A stretch of 64,000 bases of DNA from an uncultured Sphaerobacteraceae bacterium (GCA_964461025.1 CAYWSE010000007.1:1260-65259), one strand, 5' to 3'; counted from the first letter of the stretch, positions 8,152-18,212 are shown. Made by a program: numbers and translations. Notes: a model not told the origin generated them from the letters alone.

Positions 8152-9021
8152 CTAGTGGTGGTCATCCTGGTTGCGCCAGGACTGGTCTTCGAAGCTCCAG
8201 ATCTCGTCGGACGGCACCAGCACCGGCAGCCGTTCGACGTGAGTCGGACGGACCGAACTCGCTGACCGTGCGACGCGCATTTCACCACCGGCCAGTGTGC
8301 TGATTGTCAGAATCGTGCATTCATGCGGCGGTTCCACCAATGCAGCGAACGAGAGGTGCAGCACCGATTCGGTCACGGTTGTCGCGCGGACATGCAGGTG
8401 CCCGTGGAGAACGACTGCCGGTTCGATGAGCGTCTGCAGCTCGGATGTTCGCACGTCCAGATCGGTGAGGTCGCCGGCGTGTTTCATCCCAGCCAACTGC
8501 AGCGTTTCTGCGAGTGGCAGCAGTGGGAAGTGAGACATAATGATGTTCACAGTACCTTCACGTGTCGCGATGGGCGCACCGAGCGAACGAAGTTCATTCG
8601 TCTCAGCATCGCGCTCGACGCCCAGCAACTGGACGGATCTGCCATTGAGTGCAGTGAGCAGTGGCGGTGTGCAAGTCGCGGCATCGGCAAAGAAATGCTG
8701 AAACTCCGACGGTGAGCCAGGCTCGGCGGTGACGTCGTGATTGCCCGACAACAGAATGATCGGCTTTCCACTTGAACGCAGTTTCTGACGGACACGGCCC
8801 AGCGATTCTCGGTCGGCGAAATGCGAGAGGTCACCGAGCACGGCGATGGCATCGACGTCGTGCTCGGCGAATCGTCGCAGCGCTGCGTCGAGCAGGTCGA
8901 GTCCGAGATCGAAGCGCAATTCGTTGTGCCAGACCGCGTTCGGTTCGCCCGGCGGCGTGCAGTGAATCTCGGAAACGACGCCAATGATCAACTGTGAGGA
9001 TTCAGGTGCATTTGCAGTCAC
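8152..9021 (-). CDS. Calcineurin-like metallophosphoesterase
   Basis: Motifs VVSEIH, IAVLGDLSHF, ILLSGNHDV and VLHGHLH in the canonical order. Confidence 0.75.
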   Translation of the reverse strand: MTANAPESSQLIIGVVSEIHCTPPGEPNAVWHNELRFDLGLDLLDAALRRFAEHDVDAIAVLGDLSHFADRESLGRVRQKLRSSGKPIILLSGNHDVTAEPGSPSEFQHFFADAATCTPPLLTALNGRSVQLLGVERDAETNELRSLGAPIATREGTVNIIMSHFPLLPLAETLQLAGMKHAGDLTDLDVRTSELQTLIEPAVVLHGHLHVRATTVTESVLHLSFAALVEPPHECTILTISTLAGGEMRVARSASSVRPTHVERLPVLVPSDEIWSFEDQSWRNQDDHH

Positions 9022-9120
9022 GATGCAACTCCCGGCGCAATTCGACTCGGTGCAGGGATCATCGCAGACCGAATCCGCATGTCAAGCTTCGACAGGCACC
9101 CCAAGTTACCCGTACGGACT

Positions 9121-9150
9121 TTTTGCGGACAAGGCAGCTTATCCGCAAAA
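9121..9150. promoter_or_regulatory. 9-bp inverted repeat in a divergent intergenic region (operator candidate)
   Basis: TTTTGCGGA - 12 nt - TCCGCAAAA, located in the lower-GC 243-bp gap between divergent genes 8152..9021(-) and 9265..10122(+). Confidence 0.25.
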
Positions 9151-9264
9151 CATCGATCCGCTCAGGTCCGAGTCGTCTCGATATGCTATTGTGGTCGTGA
9201 AAAGGCATATGACGATAAATAATTCAGAGGCCACGCTATCCTCTGGGTCGAAAGGCGTCGAACG

Positions 9265-10122
9265 TTGCGCGCAGTCTGGATACACAAGGCCTCATCAATC
9301 GCTGCTCCCGGCGCATCTATCGATCGCTTGCGGCAATACGGCATGGACACGATCTTTCTGACCGTCTCGGCGGCAGGCGCCTCGATCGACGAAGACAGCC
9401 AGACAGATGAGGCGTCACCAGAGGAGAAGCCTCTCGATGTCGCGCGGTTTCTGACGATGGCCAACGCAAGCCGGATTGCCGTTCATATGATGGTGCTGGA
9501 AGATCCGGTATTCGCTTTACCCGAGTATCACACCGACGCCGTGAATCGCCTGAACCGCGTCCTCGCCTGGTGTGCTGCACAACAACGGGCCGGACGGCCG
9601 GTTGCGGGGTTGCATCTCGACACTGAACCACATGGACTCCCTGGCTGGGCTGGATGGTCCTGGCGGGAGCGCGAGCGAGTGATGTCCGGGTATCTTCAGC
9701 TTCTTGGCAAAGCGCGGCTGGCAATCGATACACACAATCGCTCGACGAATGCCACGTTGCGGCTCTCCGTAGCCACTGCCTGGTGGTGGAACGAACAGGC
9801 TGCCGAAGGCAATCTTCCCTCTGCCGACGCGTCGAAAGTCGCTCGCCACACACACTTCATTGTGCCGATGGTCTATGGCGATGAACCCAGGCCGGGAACC
9901 GATTTATCTTTTTTGGTCGCGCGGTCAGCTGATGAAGTTCGCAAGGCGGCCACCCTCGTCGGCATCGCAGCGTGGGATTTCCGGGGAAAAGCCGGGCTGG
10001 ATGCGATCCGACGGCAACTCGACGCACATCAGTGGCCGGTCGCTCGCAATTACCTGGGAACCTCCGTGTACTCGTTCGAGTCGCTTCAAATCGCAGACGA
10101 TCAGGAAACAGGCGGCGTCTGA
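9265..10122 (+). CDS. Hypothetical protein (possibly a TIM-barrel glycoside-hydrolase-like fold)
   Basis: TTG-start ORF with protein-like composition (RAVWIHKASS...GMDTIFLTV...GLHLDTEPH...IVPMVYGD). The fold call is a weak impression only. Confidence 0.5.
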   Translation: MRAVWIHKASSIAAPGASIDRLRQYGMDTIFLTVSAAGASIDEDSQTDEASPEEKPLDVARFLTMANASRIAVHMMVLEDPVFALPEYHTDAVNRLNRVLAWCAAQQRAGRPVAGLHLDTEPHGLPGWAGWSWRERERVMSGYLQLLGKARLAIDTHNRSTNATLRLSVATAWWWNEQAAEGNLPSADASKVARHTHFIVPMVYGDEPRPGTDLSFLVARSADEVRKAATLVGIAAWDFRGKAGLDAIRRQLDAHQWPVARNYLGTSVYSFESLQIADDQETGGV

Positions 10123-11282
10123 TACAGTGTTTTTCCTCCAACGCGAATTTCGACGTCGACCAGATACTTCTTCGCGCCCTGCAAATCGGGCTCGATGCCG
10201 ATTCCGGGTTCGTCATTGAGGAGAACCTGGCCGTCGCCGTTGCGTTCGAGGTGGTTCCTGGTGATTTCGACCGCGAGCGACTTCAGCTCGGCCGGGTACT
10301 CGCAGATCTCGTCGGTGGCTGATCCGGCGAACGGATGGAGCGATGCCGCCAACGCGAGGTGCGACGTGAAGGTGTGGTTGACGTAGATGATGCCGCGCTC
10401 CTGCGCATAGCGGGCGATGTCGTAGCTCGGCGTGATGCCCCCAATGCGTCCGGCGTCGATTTGCACGAAACCAATACCGGCATAGTCGATCATGTGCTGG
10501 GCCATGTGGACGTTATGCGACCCCTCACCACCCGCCAGCTTCACCGGCGCGGCTTCGCCGGCCAGCGTCGCGTAAGAATTCAGCGCCCCGGAAAGAAACG
10601 GCTCTTCCAGCCAAGTCGCGCCGAACTCCTTCAGCGCGGCCAATCGTGGACGCGCGAGCTCGATGTCGTCTTTCCAGACCGTTCCTGCATCGACGAGCAG
10701 GTGCGCGTCCGGACCAATCCCCTCACGCGCAGCGGCGATGTGTTCCGCATCGACTTCCGGTGTGCCCAGCCCGTAGGGTCCCCAGCCGAATTTCGCGGCG
10801 CGGTAACCCTCGGCGTTCGCCCGCTTCGCTTTGGCGAGCGTTTCCGCCGGCGTGTCACCAAAGAGCACTGACGCGTATGGAGTGCGCGGATACTGCCTCT
10901 CGTACCCAAGCAACCGATAGACCGGCTCGCTATGCATCTTGCCAAGCAGGTCCCACATCGCGATGTCGATGCCGGAAAGGGTGTGGTCGGTTTGCAGGAG
11001 GTCCATGCTGTTGGCGCGGACCAGATCGCCAATGCGGCGAATGTCGTCGACACTCTCCAGGCGCTGACCGAGAACCGAGTCGCGCACCGGTTTGCAGGCG
11101 CTGTGCGACATCGGCGCCACCCAGCTGGCAATGCTCACCAGCGGCGCCGCTTCACACTCACCCCAGCCGACCCATTCACCCGCCTGCAACCGGACGAGCA
11201 GCAGGTCCTGGCTGCCGTCGCCGATATCCAGCACCTCGGGCATGGAGCAATAGTAGAAATCGACCGCTTCGATCTTCGGCAT
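10101..11282 (-). CDS. Enolase-superfamily enzyme (mandelate racemase/muconate lactonizing enzyme family, sugar-acid dehydratase-like)
   Basis: N-terminal capping domain (LLLVRLQAGEWVGWGECE) and barrel motifs (SGIDIAMWDLLGK, YRAAKFGWGP, LLVDAGTVW, WLEEPF, LAGGE, FVQIDAGRIGGIT). Confidence 0.8.
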   Translation of the reverse strand: MPKIEAVDFYYCSMPEVLDIGDGSQDLLLVRLQAGEWVGWGECEAAPLVSIASWVAPMSHSACKPVRDSVLGQRLESVDDIRRIGDLVRANSMDLLQTDHTLSGIDIAMWDLLGKMHSEPVYRLLGYERQYPRTPYASVLFGDTPAETLAKAKRANAEGYRAAKFGWGPYGLGTPEVDAEHIAAAREGIGPDAHLLVDAGTVWKDDIELARPRLAALKEFGATWLEEPFLSGALNSYATLAGEAAPVKLAGGEGSHNVHMAQHMIDYAGIGFVQIDAGRIGGITPSYDIARYAQERGIIYVNHTFTSHLALAASLHPFAGSATDEICEYPAELKSLAVEITRNHLERNGDGQVLLNDEPGIGIEPDLQGAKKYLVDVEIRVGGKTLYQTPPVS

Positions 11283-11473
11283 GAGGTTTGTCGCCTTCCG
11301 ATAGGTTGCGTGACGTTGTTTGCCGGCCCATCGCCGGATCCGACTGCGTGATTCTGCCGATTGTCGAGCGAATTGTCATCCCGCTGCATCTGGCGACCTA
11401 GCCAAGTGGATTACCCTGCTCGTGGAGTTGTCCGCCGCGATCGCATCGCCGAGAATATTATGATCACCAATTC

Positions 11474-13495
11474 GTGCGCTGGCGCAGCATCCTCGCCAAT
11501 GCTCGAGATCACCCTCTTGAAAGGATTCCAACCAAGTCATTGAGCACGTTCTCGCCTTCATCTGGATCAAATGGCCTGCATGGCTCTACGAGCCGCGGCG
11601 GTCGCCCAGCTTCACCGCCCGATCCGGGCGGATCAACGCGACGCTGGTCTCTCAACTGGAAATCGATTCGCCAGGGCATTGGCCAGACCTGGAGCGCCAC
11701 CGTCCGCGTGTTTCAGCTCGTCTGGGAAACCAGTCCGCGTCTCACCCTGATGCTGGCGACGATGACGTTGTTGATGAGCGTCATCCCGGCCGCTCAGGTC
11801 TGGCTCGCCGGTCGTCTGATCGACGAAGTCGTTGCCGGCATCACCGGGGGCGGCGGCAATGAATACATCCGGCCAGTCATCATTCTGGCAATCATCCAAC
11901 TCGTTCTCTTTCTCGGCGCCAGCCTCTTTCAGACTTTGAGCAACATCAGCCAGCAGCTCCTGCAGGAGCGATTGGCGATTCACGTTCAAATGTCGATCAT
12001 GCGCCACGCCAACACCCTCGATCTCGCCGATTTCGAGAACGCCGCGTATTACGATCAGCTGCAACAAGCCCAGAGAGAATCGGCCAACCGGCCAGTGATG
12101 ATGGTCACCAGCGTGTTCGGCATGGCCAGGTCGGCTATTACGTTCGCAACAATGGTCGGGTTGTTGATCGGCCTGTCGCCCTGGATCGCAGTTGCAGCGC
12201 TCATTGCGCCGATTCCGGCGTTCATTTCTGGATCGCGGTATGGTTGGTGGGGGTATCAGCAGATGCGCCGGCTCTCCCCTACTCGCCGGCTCATGTCCTA
12301 TTTCACGACGCTGATGACCACCGATACTTTCAACAAGGAAATCAAGCTCTTCACCCTCGGCGATCACTTCATCGGCCGCTACGAAAAAATCTCTGCACAG
12401 TACTACGACGAAACTCGCGAGCTCCTGATCCGTCGCTATGTGGCGGGATTCGGCTGGGGCGCGTTGACGATCATCGCTTCCTCCGCCACGTTCCTCTACG
12501 TCGCGGTGCAGGCCGTGCGAGGGTTCATCACACTTGGTCAGTTGACTGTCTATGTGCAGGCGGCCCAACAAGTCCAGCAGTCGTTTCAGGGACTGCTTGG
12601 CGGTATCCAGAGCATTTACGAACACGGTCTCTATCTGTCGACGCTGCACGATTTGCTCGACCGTCAGCCTCAGATCGAGACTCCCGAGAACCCCAAGCCG
12701 TTGCAGATTCCGTTTCAGCAGGGAATCACTTTCGAGAATGTCTCGTTTCGATACCCTGGTCGCGAGGACTGGGCGCTGCGGAACGTCTCGTTCACCATCG
12801 ATCCCGGCGAGATGATTGCGCTGGTTGGGAAGAACGGCGCCGGCAAGACCTCCATTGTCAAACTTCTCGGCAGGCTCTATGACCCAACCGAGGGCCGCGT
12901 CCTCGTCGACGGTGTTGACATCCGAGAATATGATCCTCAGCAGCTGCGACAACACTTCGGCACGATGTTCCAGGACTATGTGACCTATCAGTTGACAGCA
13001 CGCGAGAACATCGGTGTCGGCAATCCGGAACGGATAGACGATTTCGCCGCCGTCCGGGCTGCCGCGGAACGTGGCGGCGCCGATCGGTTGATCGACACCT
13101 TCGACGACGGTTACGAAACGATGCTCGGCAAATGGTTTGAGGAAGGCAACCAGCTCTCGGGCGGCGAATGGCAGCGAATCGCACTCTCCCGCGCGTTCAT
13201 GCGTGACGCTCAGATTCTGATCCTCGACGAGCCAACGTCGGCGCTCGATGCTGAAGCGGAGCACGATCTTTTCACCCGCATCCGAGAACTTGCGGTCGGC
13301 AAGATGGCGATATTCATTTCGCATCGCTTCTCGACGACGCGTCAGGCCGATCGCATTCTCGTGCTGGAAGACGGTCAACTCGTCGAGCAAGGCACCCACG
13401 AGGAATTGATGCTGCAGGCCGGGCGCTACGCCCAGCTCTTCATGCTGCAAGCCGAGAGCTATTTCTGGAACAGTGAGGCGACCGCCCCCCTTTGA
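11474..13495 (+). CDS. ABC exporter, fused permease and ATPase (MsbA/type I exporter-like)
   Basis: Six-TM N-terminal half. Walker A LVGKNGAGKTS, signature LSGGEWQRIAL, Walker B ILILDEPTSALD. The first ~75 codons are not protein-like, so the true start may be an internal GTG near 11708. Confidence 0.8.
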   Translation: MRWRSILANARDHPLERIPTKSLSTFSPSSGSNGLHGSTSRGGRPASPPDPGGSTRRWSLNWKSIRQGIGQTWSATVRVFQLVWETSPRLTLMLATMTLLMSVIPAAQVWLAGRLIDEVVAGITGGGGNEYIRPVIILAIIQLVLFLGASLFQTLSNISQQLLQERLAIHVQMSIMRHANTLDLADFENAAYYDQLQQAQRESANRPVMMVTSVFGMARSAITFATMVGLLIGLSPWIAVAALIAPIPAFISGSRYGWWGYQQMRRLSPTRRLMSYFTTLMTTDTFNKEIKLFTLGDHFIGRYEKISAQYYDETRELLIRRYVAGFGWGALTIIASSATFLYVAVQAVRGFITLGQLTVYVQAAQQVQQSFQGLLGGIQSIYEHGLYLSTLHDLLDRQPQIETPENPKPLQIPFQQGITFENVSFRYPGREDWALRNVSFTIDPGEMIALVGKNGAGKTSIVKLLGRLYDPTEGRVLVDGVDIREYDPQQLRQHFGTMFQDYVTYQLTARENIGVGNPERIDDFAAVRAAAERGGADRLIDTFDDGYETMLGKWFEEGNQLSGGEWQRIALSRAFMRDAQILILDEPTSALDAEAEHDLFTRIRELAVGKMAIFISHRFSTTRQADRILVLEDGQLVEQGTHEELMLQAGRYAQLFMLQAESYFWNSEATAPL

Positions 13496-13522
13496 CCGGC
13501 TACTCGCCGTGGACGCGACATC

Positions 13523-14836
13523 TTAAGTACCGGTGGCAAATGCCAGAAACAAGAACGTGGCTGGTCGGTCGTCCCAGGCACGCAGCGTGACGATCGAACT
13601 GAGTTTGACAACGATTTCATCGCCTGGTAGGAGGTCAATGGTGTCCCGATCGAGCGTCGTGCGGCTCTGAGCGCTTCTCCAGCCGACTGGACCGGCATGG
13701 ACACCGATACGTAATCGCCCGTCGAGTGCGATGACGAGAGAGGGCCCGCTCAAAGACTGTATGTCGATCGCTGCGCCATGGTTGGCCTCGACCACCCACC
13801 CTTCCAATTGATAAACGCCCCGAGTCGGAACCGCCACGAGTTGCTTCATGTCGAAATGGACTGTGACATGTGCATCGTCGTGGAGGAGATCCGCAGTCGG
13901 AAGTCCGTTGAGCTGCGTCGACAGTGCGGGCTCCGCGACTGTCGCTAGGATCAGCACAAGCGGCAACGGCCCCTCCTGCCAAACGGAGAACGCCAATCCG
14001 CGGTGCACGCTGACCGGCGCGCCGGGCAGCACGTGAGTGTCCCTTGGGGTGTCGGATTGCCCGGAGCCGGCGCCATATGAAGCGCTGCCCTCAAGCCGGC
14101 CGGCCCCGGACTCGACCACTATCACGGCTTCGAGGTGCTGGTCCAGGGCGATCCGGCCTCCGGGAGCGATCTCGACCTTTGCCAGATGGACGAACGCGAG
14201 ATCGCCTGCGAGGGCTATATCATCAATCTGAAGTAACGCCTTTACCCTGCCCAGGGAGAGAGATTCGGCCCACCGCTGGATGACTTTTCCACCGCTGACT
14301 CGCACGAACTCGCGACTTGCCCTATTCGCGGACCTCTCCATCAGATGGTCGCCGAGCGTTATAGGGCTAATGCCGGCAACGGACGTCTCGACGACCAGGA
14401 ATTTCTCGGACGGTTCGACCGAGAGCACGTCGACTGAGGATCCCGGCGACACGTCACGCAGATCGAGCAACGAGTTGATGAACGCGTCGATGTTTTCACT
14501 GGTCGTGCGGCCGAAGTCATGGTTCGTGAAGTCGGCATGCGCAACGTCGAGCAGGGCGGAACCAGGGCCACCGGCGAGAACGGCATTAACCGTGTCATAG
14601 AAGCGGCGAACCGCGCGCTCATCCCGCTCGACGTCGTACGGGACAGCACGGGGCTGGTCCACGAGGACCTCGAGCTGTCCAATCGTCAGGCCGGTCAGCA
14701 CTGCCAGAAAAATCGCGATGCGATAACCACGAACAGCCATCGAGTCTTGGCCCCGAAATGCCTGGGACGATTGGCCCGCAGAGGCGCTCGCCGAAGAGCC
14801 CTGATCCATCGTGGCGTGACCTGCGCTGGCAGGCAT
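13523..14836 (-). CDS. Membrane-anchored hypothetical protein (one TM, SnoaL/NTF2-like region, then two cupin-like beta-barrel regions)
   Basis: TM segment YRIAIFLAVLTGLTIGQL. It is followed by RAVRRFYDTVNAVLAGGPGSALLDVAHADFTNHD (SnoaL-like) and repeated beta-rich segments. The domain calls are impressions. Confidence 0.55.
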   Translation of the reverse strand: MPASAGHATMDQGSSASASAGQSSQAFRGQDSMAVRGYRIAIFLAVLTGLTIGQLEVLVDQPRAVPYDVERDERAVRRFYDTVNAVLAGGPGSALLDVAHADFTNHDFGRTTSENIDAFINSLLDLRDVSPGSSVDVLSVEPSEKFLVVETSVAGISPITLGDHLMERSANRASREFVRVSGGKVIQRWAESLSLGRVKALLQIDDIALAGDLAFVHLAKVEIAPGGRIALDQHLEAVIVVESGAGRLEGSASYGAGSGQSDTPRDTHVLPGAPVSVHRGLAFSVWQEGPLPLVLILATVAEPALSTQLNGLPTADLLHDDAHVTVHFDMKQLVAVPTRGVYQLEGWVVEANHGAAIDIQSLSGPSLVIALDGRLRIGVHAGPVGWRSAQSRTTLDRDTIDLLPGDEIVVKLSSIVTLRAWDDRPATFLFLAFATGT

Positions 14837-14893
14837 GACGAGGATTCGCTATTTCGTGAGTTCGCGCAATCGAAGATCCGCCGCGCGTCCCCC

Positions 14894-17290
14894 TCAGGCG
14901 AGATCGTTTCGCGTCGCGTACGCAGCGGCAGCCGCGCGGGTTGGTAGCTCCAGCTTGGCAAGAATGCTGGAAACGTGGTTTGAAGCTGTGTACCGGCTGA
15001 CGAAAAGGAACTCGGCTATTTCTCTATCGGTTCGACCTTCGGCAACCAGCCTGAGCACCTCCAGCTCACGCCGCGTCAGTGCGCACGAGCCCCGATTTTT
15101 TGAGCTCTCGGAGGGCTCCTGAAATGCCGCAAGGGCATCCTCAGGAGACAACAGGCGGCTCTCACTCCAAAGCGCCTCGAATCGAACTTCACCAAGAGCG
15201 GTGCGAGCCTGTTCCATCGCGAACTGCTGATTGGCTTCCCCACCCCAGGTCATGCTGGCGCCGGCACGCTCGATGATGGTGAAGGCAGCACCTGCGAGCT
15301 TCGAAGCCGCAACGGCGTCCCCGCGTTGTATGGCGATCCGCGCGAGTCCAGAGAGCGCAATCGCCGCATTGCGCTGCTCCTTCTGCTGGATGGCAAGGTG
15401 CAATCCCTCCCGATAGAGTGTCTCGGCCCGTTCGCTCTCTCCGCGGGCCGCCATGGCATCCGCCAGCGACATCGCTCCAGCCGAATAGATGTAGGCAAGA
15501 CTAAAGCGGCCGGCGACGTTCTGACTTTCTTCGATCAGCTCGACGGCTTCCTCGACTCTCCCAGCCATCAGCAGAACCGTCCCGAGATTGTTCGCATCGC
15601 TCGCAATGTCAGCCGTTGAATCGTACTCTCGCGCAATCACCAGCGCCTGCTCGAACGAGGTGATTGCCTCCTCCGTCTTTCCCGCTAATCGGTACGCCCG
15701 CCCCTGTGCCGCCAGGGCCCTGTCCAGCAATGCAGGCTCTATCGTCTTGCGTGCGACATCGACCGCTTCGCCCGCGAAGGTGACGGCCCGATCGGTTTCT
15801 CCCGCAACGGTCGCCAGATCGGCCGCAACTTCCAGGGCCGTCGCTTTCAACGCTATCGAGACATCGCCCCGCAGCGCCAGCGCGCGTGTCAACCAATCGA
15901 GCCCCTCGTGAACTGGTCCACGCGCTCGCCACCATCGGTTCACTTCGACCGCGATCTCGATGGCCAGCTCTGCTCTCCCGGATGCGATAGCCCAGGTCAA
16001 GGCCGCGCGGATGTTCCCCAGCTCGAGTTCGGCGCGGTCGAGCCACAGCGCATAATCGGGACCGATCCATGCCTGCCGGATGTTGCTGCTGAAATCGCGG
16101 CAATAGATCGCATGTCTCTCGCGAGTGCCGTTTGCGTTCGGCGTACCAGCGAGCTGGCGAGCGCCGAATTCGCGGATCGTTTCGAGCATCTGGTAGCGGG
16201 TGAGGTCCTGCACGACAGTTTGCGTGACGAGACCGATATCGACAAGCGACGTAAGACCGTCGAGGACGCTCATGCCAACGAGGTCGCGGCTGCCGTGATC
16301 GCTGTCGTCCAGATCGGACACAACGCTGATCGCAGCATCGAGCGTGAAGCCGCCGACAAAAACCGAGAGCCGCCGAAAGATGCGCTGCTCGACCTCCGAC
16401 AGAAGGTCGTAGCTCCAGGCGATCGTTCCCACGACCGAACGCTGATGCGGGGGTACATCGCGCGGTCCTCCTGTCAGCAGGGCCAGAGCGGGACTCAGCC
16501 GTTCGTGCAGGTCATTCAGGCTCATCGCTCTCAGCCGCGCTGCCGCCAGCTCGATCGCCAGTGGCAGCCCGTCGAGCATCGCGCAAATCGACTCGACGAC
16601 GGCGGCGTTCTCGCCTGTGACGGAGAAGTCCGGACAGACGGCTCTGGCTCGCTCATCAAACAACCGTCCGGCAGGCGACAAGTCCACGGGGCCGATTGCT
16701 CCAGGAGACCCGTTGCCGCGGCGTCGCAGCGGCGCAACTGCGTATGTGATTTCCGCCATGAGGTTCAGCCGGCGGCGGCTGGTGACGAGCAACAGCAGAC
16801 GCGGGCAGGTGGCCACCAGTCTGGCGATGTCTGGCGCCGAGTCGACAACATGTTCGGCGTTGTCCAGAACGAGCAGAATCTTCTCCTCGCCGATCACGCC
16901 GGCAACGCGCTCGAACAGGTCTCCATGGCCTTCTTCACGGAGACCGAGAGTCCGGGCAATCGCCGAAAGCACCTGCCGATGATTGGTCAGCGCGACGAGC
17001 GACACAACGTACACACGATCGGCAATGTCGGGGGTGGTGCCCGCCGCGATTTCGAGCGCGAGGCGCGTTTTGCCGACGCCGCCCGGCCCGGTCATTGTCA
17101 TCAAGCGCACGGCCGGGTCGAGAAGCGCGGTCCGGATCTCGGCGAGTTCTCGTTCCCGGCCGATCAGCGGTGTGGGCGAGGCGACAGGACGATCAGAAAG
17201 CAAGGAAGGCAGTTCACCGACTGGCCTTGCGCATGCCAGGTCGCCTTGGATGGTTGTATTCGCGTCTTGCTGCGGCGTTGTGCTGTCCAT
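14894..17290 (-). CDS. LuxR-family transcriptional regulator with STAND/AAA ATPase and TPR-like middle (LAL/AfsR-like architecture)
   Basis: Walker A MTGPGGVGKTRLALE. Long helical repeat region. C-terminal LuxR HTH: LTRRELEVLRLVAEGRTDREIAEFLFVSRYTASNHVSSILAKLELPTRAAAAAYA. I chose the start at MDSTTPQQ (17290); the ORF extends to 17359. Confidence 0.8.
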   Translation of the reverse strand: MDSTTPQQDANTTIQGDLACARPVGELPSLLSDRPVASPTPLIGRERELAEIRTALLDPAVRLMTMTGPGGVGKTRLALEIAAGTTPDIADRVYVVSLVALTNHRQVLSAIARTLGLREEGHGDLFERVAGVIGEEKILLVLDNAEHVVDSAPDIARLVATCPRLLLLVTSRRRLNLMAEITYAVAPLRRRGNGSPGAIGPVDLSPAGRLFDERARAVCPDFSVTGENAAVVESICAMLDGLPLAIELAAARLRAMSLNDLHERLSPALALLTGGPRDVPPHQRSVVGTIAWSYDLLSEVEQRIFRRLSVFVGGFTLDAAISVVSDLDDSDHGSRDLVGMSVLDGLTSLVDIGLVTQTVVQDLTRYQMLETIREFGARQLAGTPNANGTRERHAIYCRDFSSNIRQAWIGPDYALWLDRAELELGNIRAALTWAIASGRAELAIEIAVEVNRWWRARGPVHEGLDWLTRALALRGDVSIALKATALEVAADLATVAGETDRAVTFAGEAVDVARKTIEPALLDRALAAQGRAYRLAGKTEEAITSFEQALVIAREYDSTADIASDANNLGTVLLMAGRVEEAVELIEESQNVAGRFSLAYIYSAGAMSLADAMAARGESERAETLYREGLHLAIQQKEQRNAAIALSGLARIAIQRGDAVAASKLAGAAFTIIERAGASMTWGGEANQQFAMEQARTALGEVRFEALWSESRLLSPEDALAAFQEPSESSKNRGSCALTRRELEVLRLVAEGRTDREIAEFLFVSRYTASNHVSSILAKLELPTRAAAAAYATRNDLA

Positions 17291-17367
17291 TGCCCCGGAA
17301 GGATCGTCGATTCGATGTCGCACAAGCAACGTTATTGAAAGTCCGCCTGGCGGCGCCAACCTCGCCC

Positions 17368-18117
17368 CTAGAAATGATCGAGCAGCTCGCTGAAGGCGGC
17401 GATCTGGAGGAAGCGCCGTCCGGATGGGAGCATCAGCTCCTGATGTTCCAGCGCCCAGGTGTTCGCGTAGGGAATGAAGACGGCGTTCAGCCCAGCCGCC
17501 AGCGCAGGGTTGATGTCGGAGCGGGGCGAATTGCCGATCATCCAGGTTGACTGTGGGTTCCAGCCGAAGCGGCGCACGACGTCGTCGTACGACTCCCTCG
17601 TTTTCTCACGAACGATGATTGTCTCGAGAAAATGCATATCGATGCCCGACTTCTCGATTTTCAAACGTTGCTCTTCCTCGCTACCCTTGGTGAACATGAC
17701 AAGCTCGTGCCGAGACGCGAGCTGTGGAAGCGTTTCGGCGACGCCGGGCATCAGATCGATCTCCTGCATCAGGATTTGCTCCGAGAATCCCATGATCGTG
17801 TTGATGTCCTCTTCCGCCACATGCCGCTCGCTGAGCTGCCGGTAGCAAAGCTGCAGACTTCGAGCGAACGCCGCCGACCCATAGCCATGGATCTCGAGGT
17901 TGGCCAGCTCGATTTCCTGCAGCACCAGGCGGACCCGGTCTGGATGCAACGTCGAATGGTCGAGGAAATCGATGAAGGCGTTGATCGCTTGCTCGAAATA
18001 GATGTTGTTCTGCCAGAGGGTGTCGTCGGCGTCGATCAGCAGTTGCTGTCCACCGGAAATGTCGTTCAGGGAATTGGACGACAGGGAGGCATTCCGCGGA
18101 GACGTGTCCATGCCCAT
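17368..18117 (-). CDS. HAD-superfamily hydrolase
   Basis: Motif I LLIDADDTLWQNN, with later FTKGSEEEQ and MIGNSPRSDI motifs. The track start at 18177 would overlap the divergent promoter, so I chose MGMDTSPRN (18117). Confidence 0.7.
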   Translation of the reverse strand: MGMDTSPRNASLSSNSLNDISGGQQLLIDADDTLWQNNIYFEQAINAFIDFLDHSTLHPDRVRLVLQEIELANLEIHGYGSAAFARSLQLCYRQLSERHVAEEDINTIMGFSEQILMQEIDLMPGVAETLPQLASRHELVMFTKGSEEEQRLKIEKSGIDMHFLETIIVREKTRESYDDVVRRFGWNPQSTWMIGNSPRSDINPALAAGLNAVFIPYANTWALEHQELMLPSGRRFLQIAAFSELLDHF

Positions 18118-18149
18118 GATTCTAGCGCAGGCGGTCACCGACGACCCTG

Positions 18150-18178
18150 TTGACACAGTTTCCGCGTCTCCATACAAT
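18150..18178 (+). promoter_or_regulatory. Consensus sigma-70-type promoter for the gntR-led operon
   Basis: TTGACA (18150-18155), 17 nt, TACAAT (18173-18178). Confidence 0.6.
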
Positions 18179-18181
18179 ACT

Positions 18182-18197
18182 TGTAAGACATCTTACA
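18182..18197 (+). promoter_or_regulatory. Palindromic GntR-type operator candidate
   Basis: TGTAAGA-CA-TCTTACA is a perfect 7-bp inverted repeat starting 4 nt after the -10. It fits the GT..AC half-site logic of GntR/FadR operators. Confidence 0.5.
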
Positions 18198-18212
18198 GGC
18201 GAGGACGCTGAC

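Noticed and set aside
11633-13450. 605-aa antisense ORF opposite the ABC exporter. Similar long antisense or out-of-frame ORFs: 5567..6409(-), 15908..17338(+), 21807..22733(-), 22767..23798(-), 27546..28520(-), 28685..29596(-), 39113..40372(+), 40839..41750(+), 41600..42784(+), 43169..43912(+), 44752..45789(-), 56352..57344(+), 62418..63281(-)
   Set aside because: Each overlaps a gene with clear family motifs on the other strand or frame. Each has Arg/Gly/Asp/His-rich low-complexity composition typical of shadow frames in GC-rich DNA.
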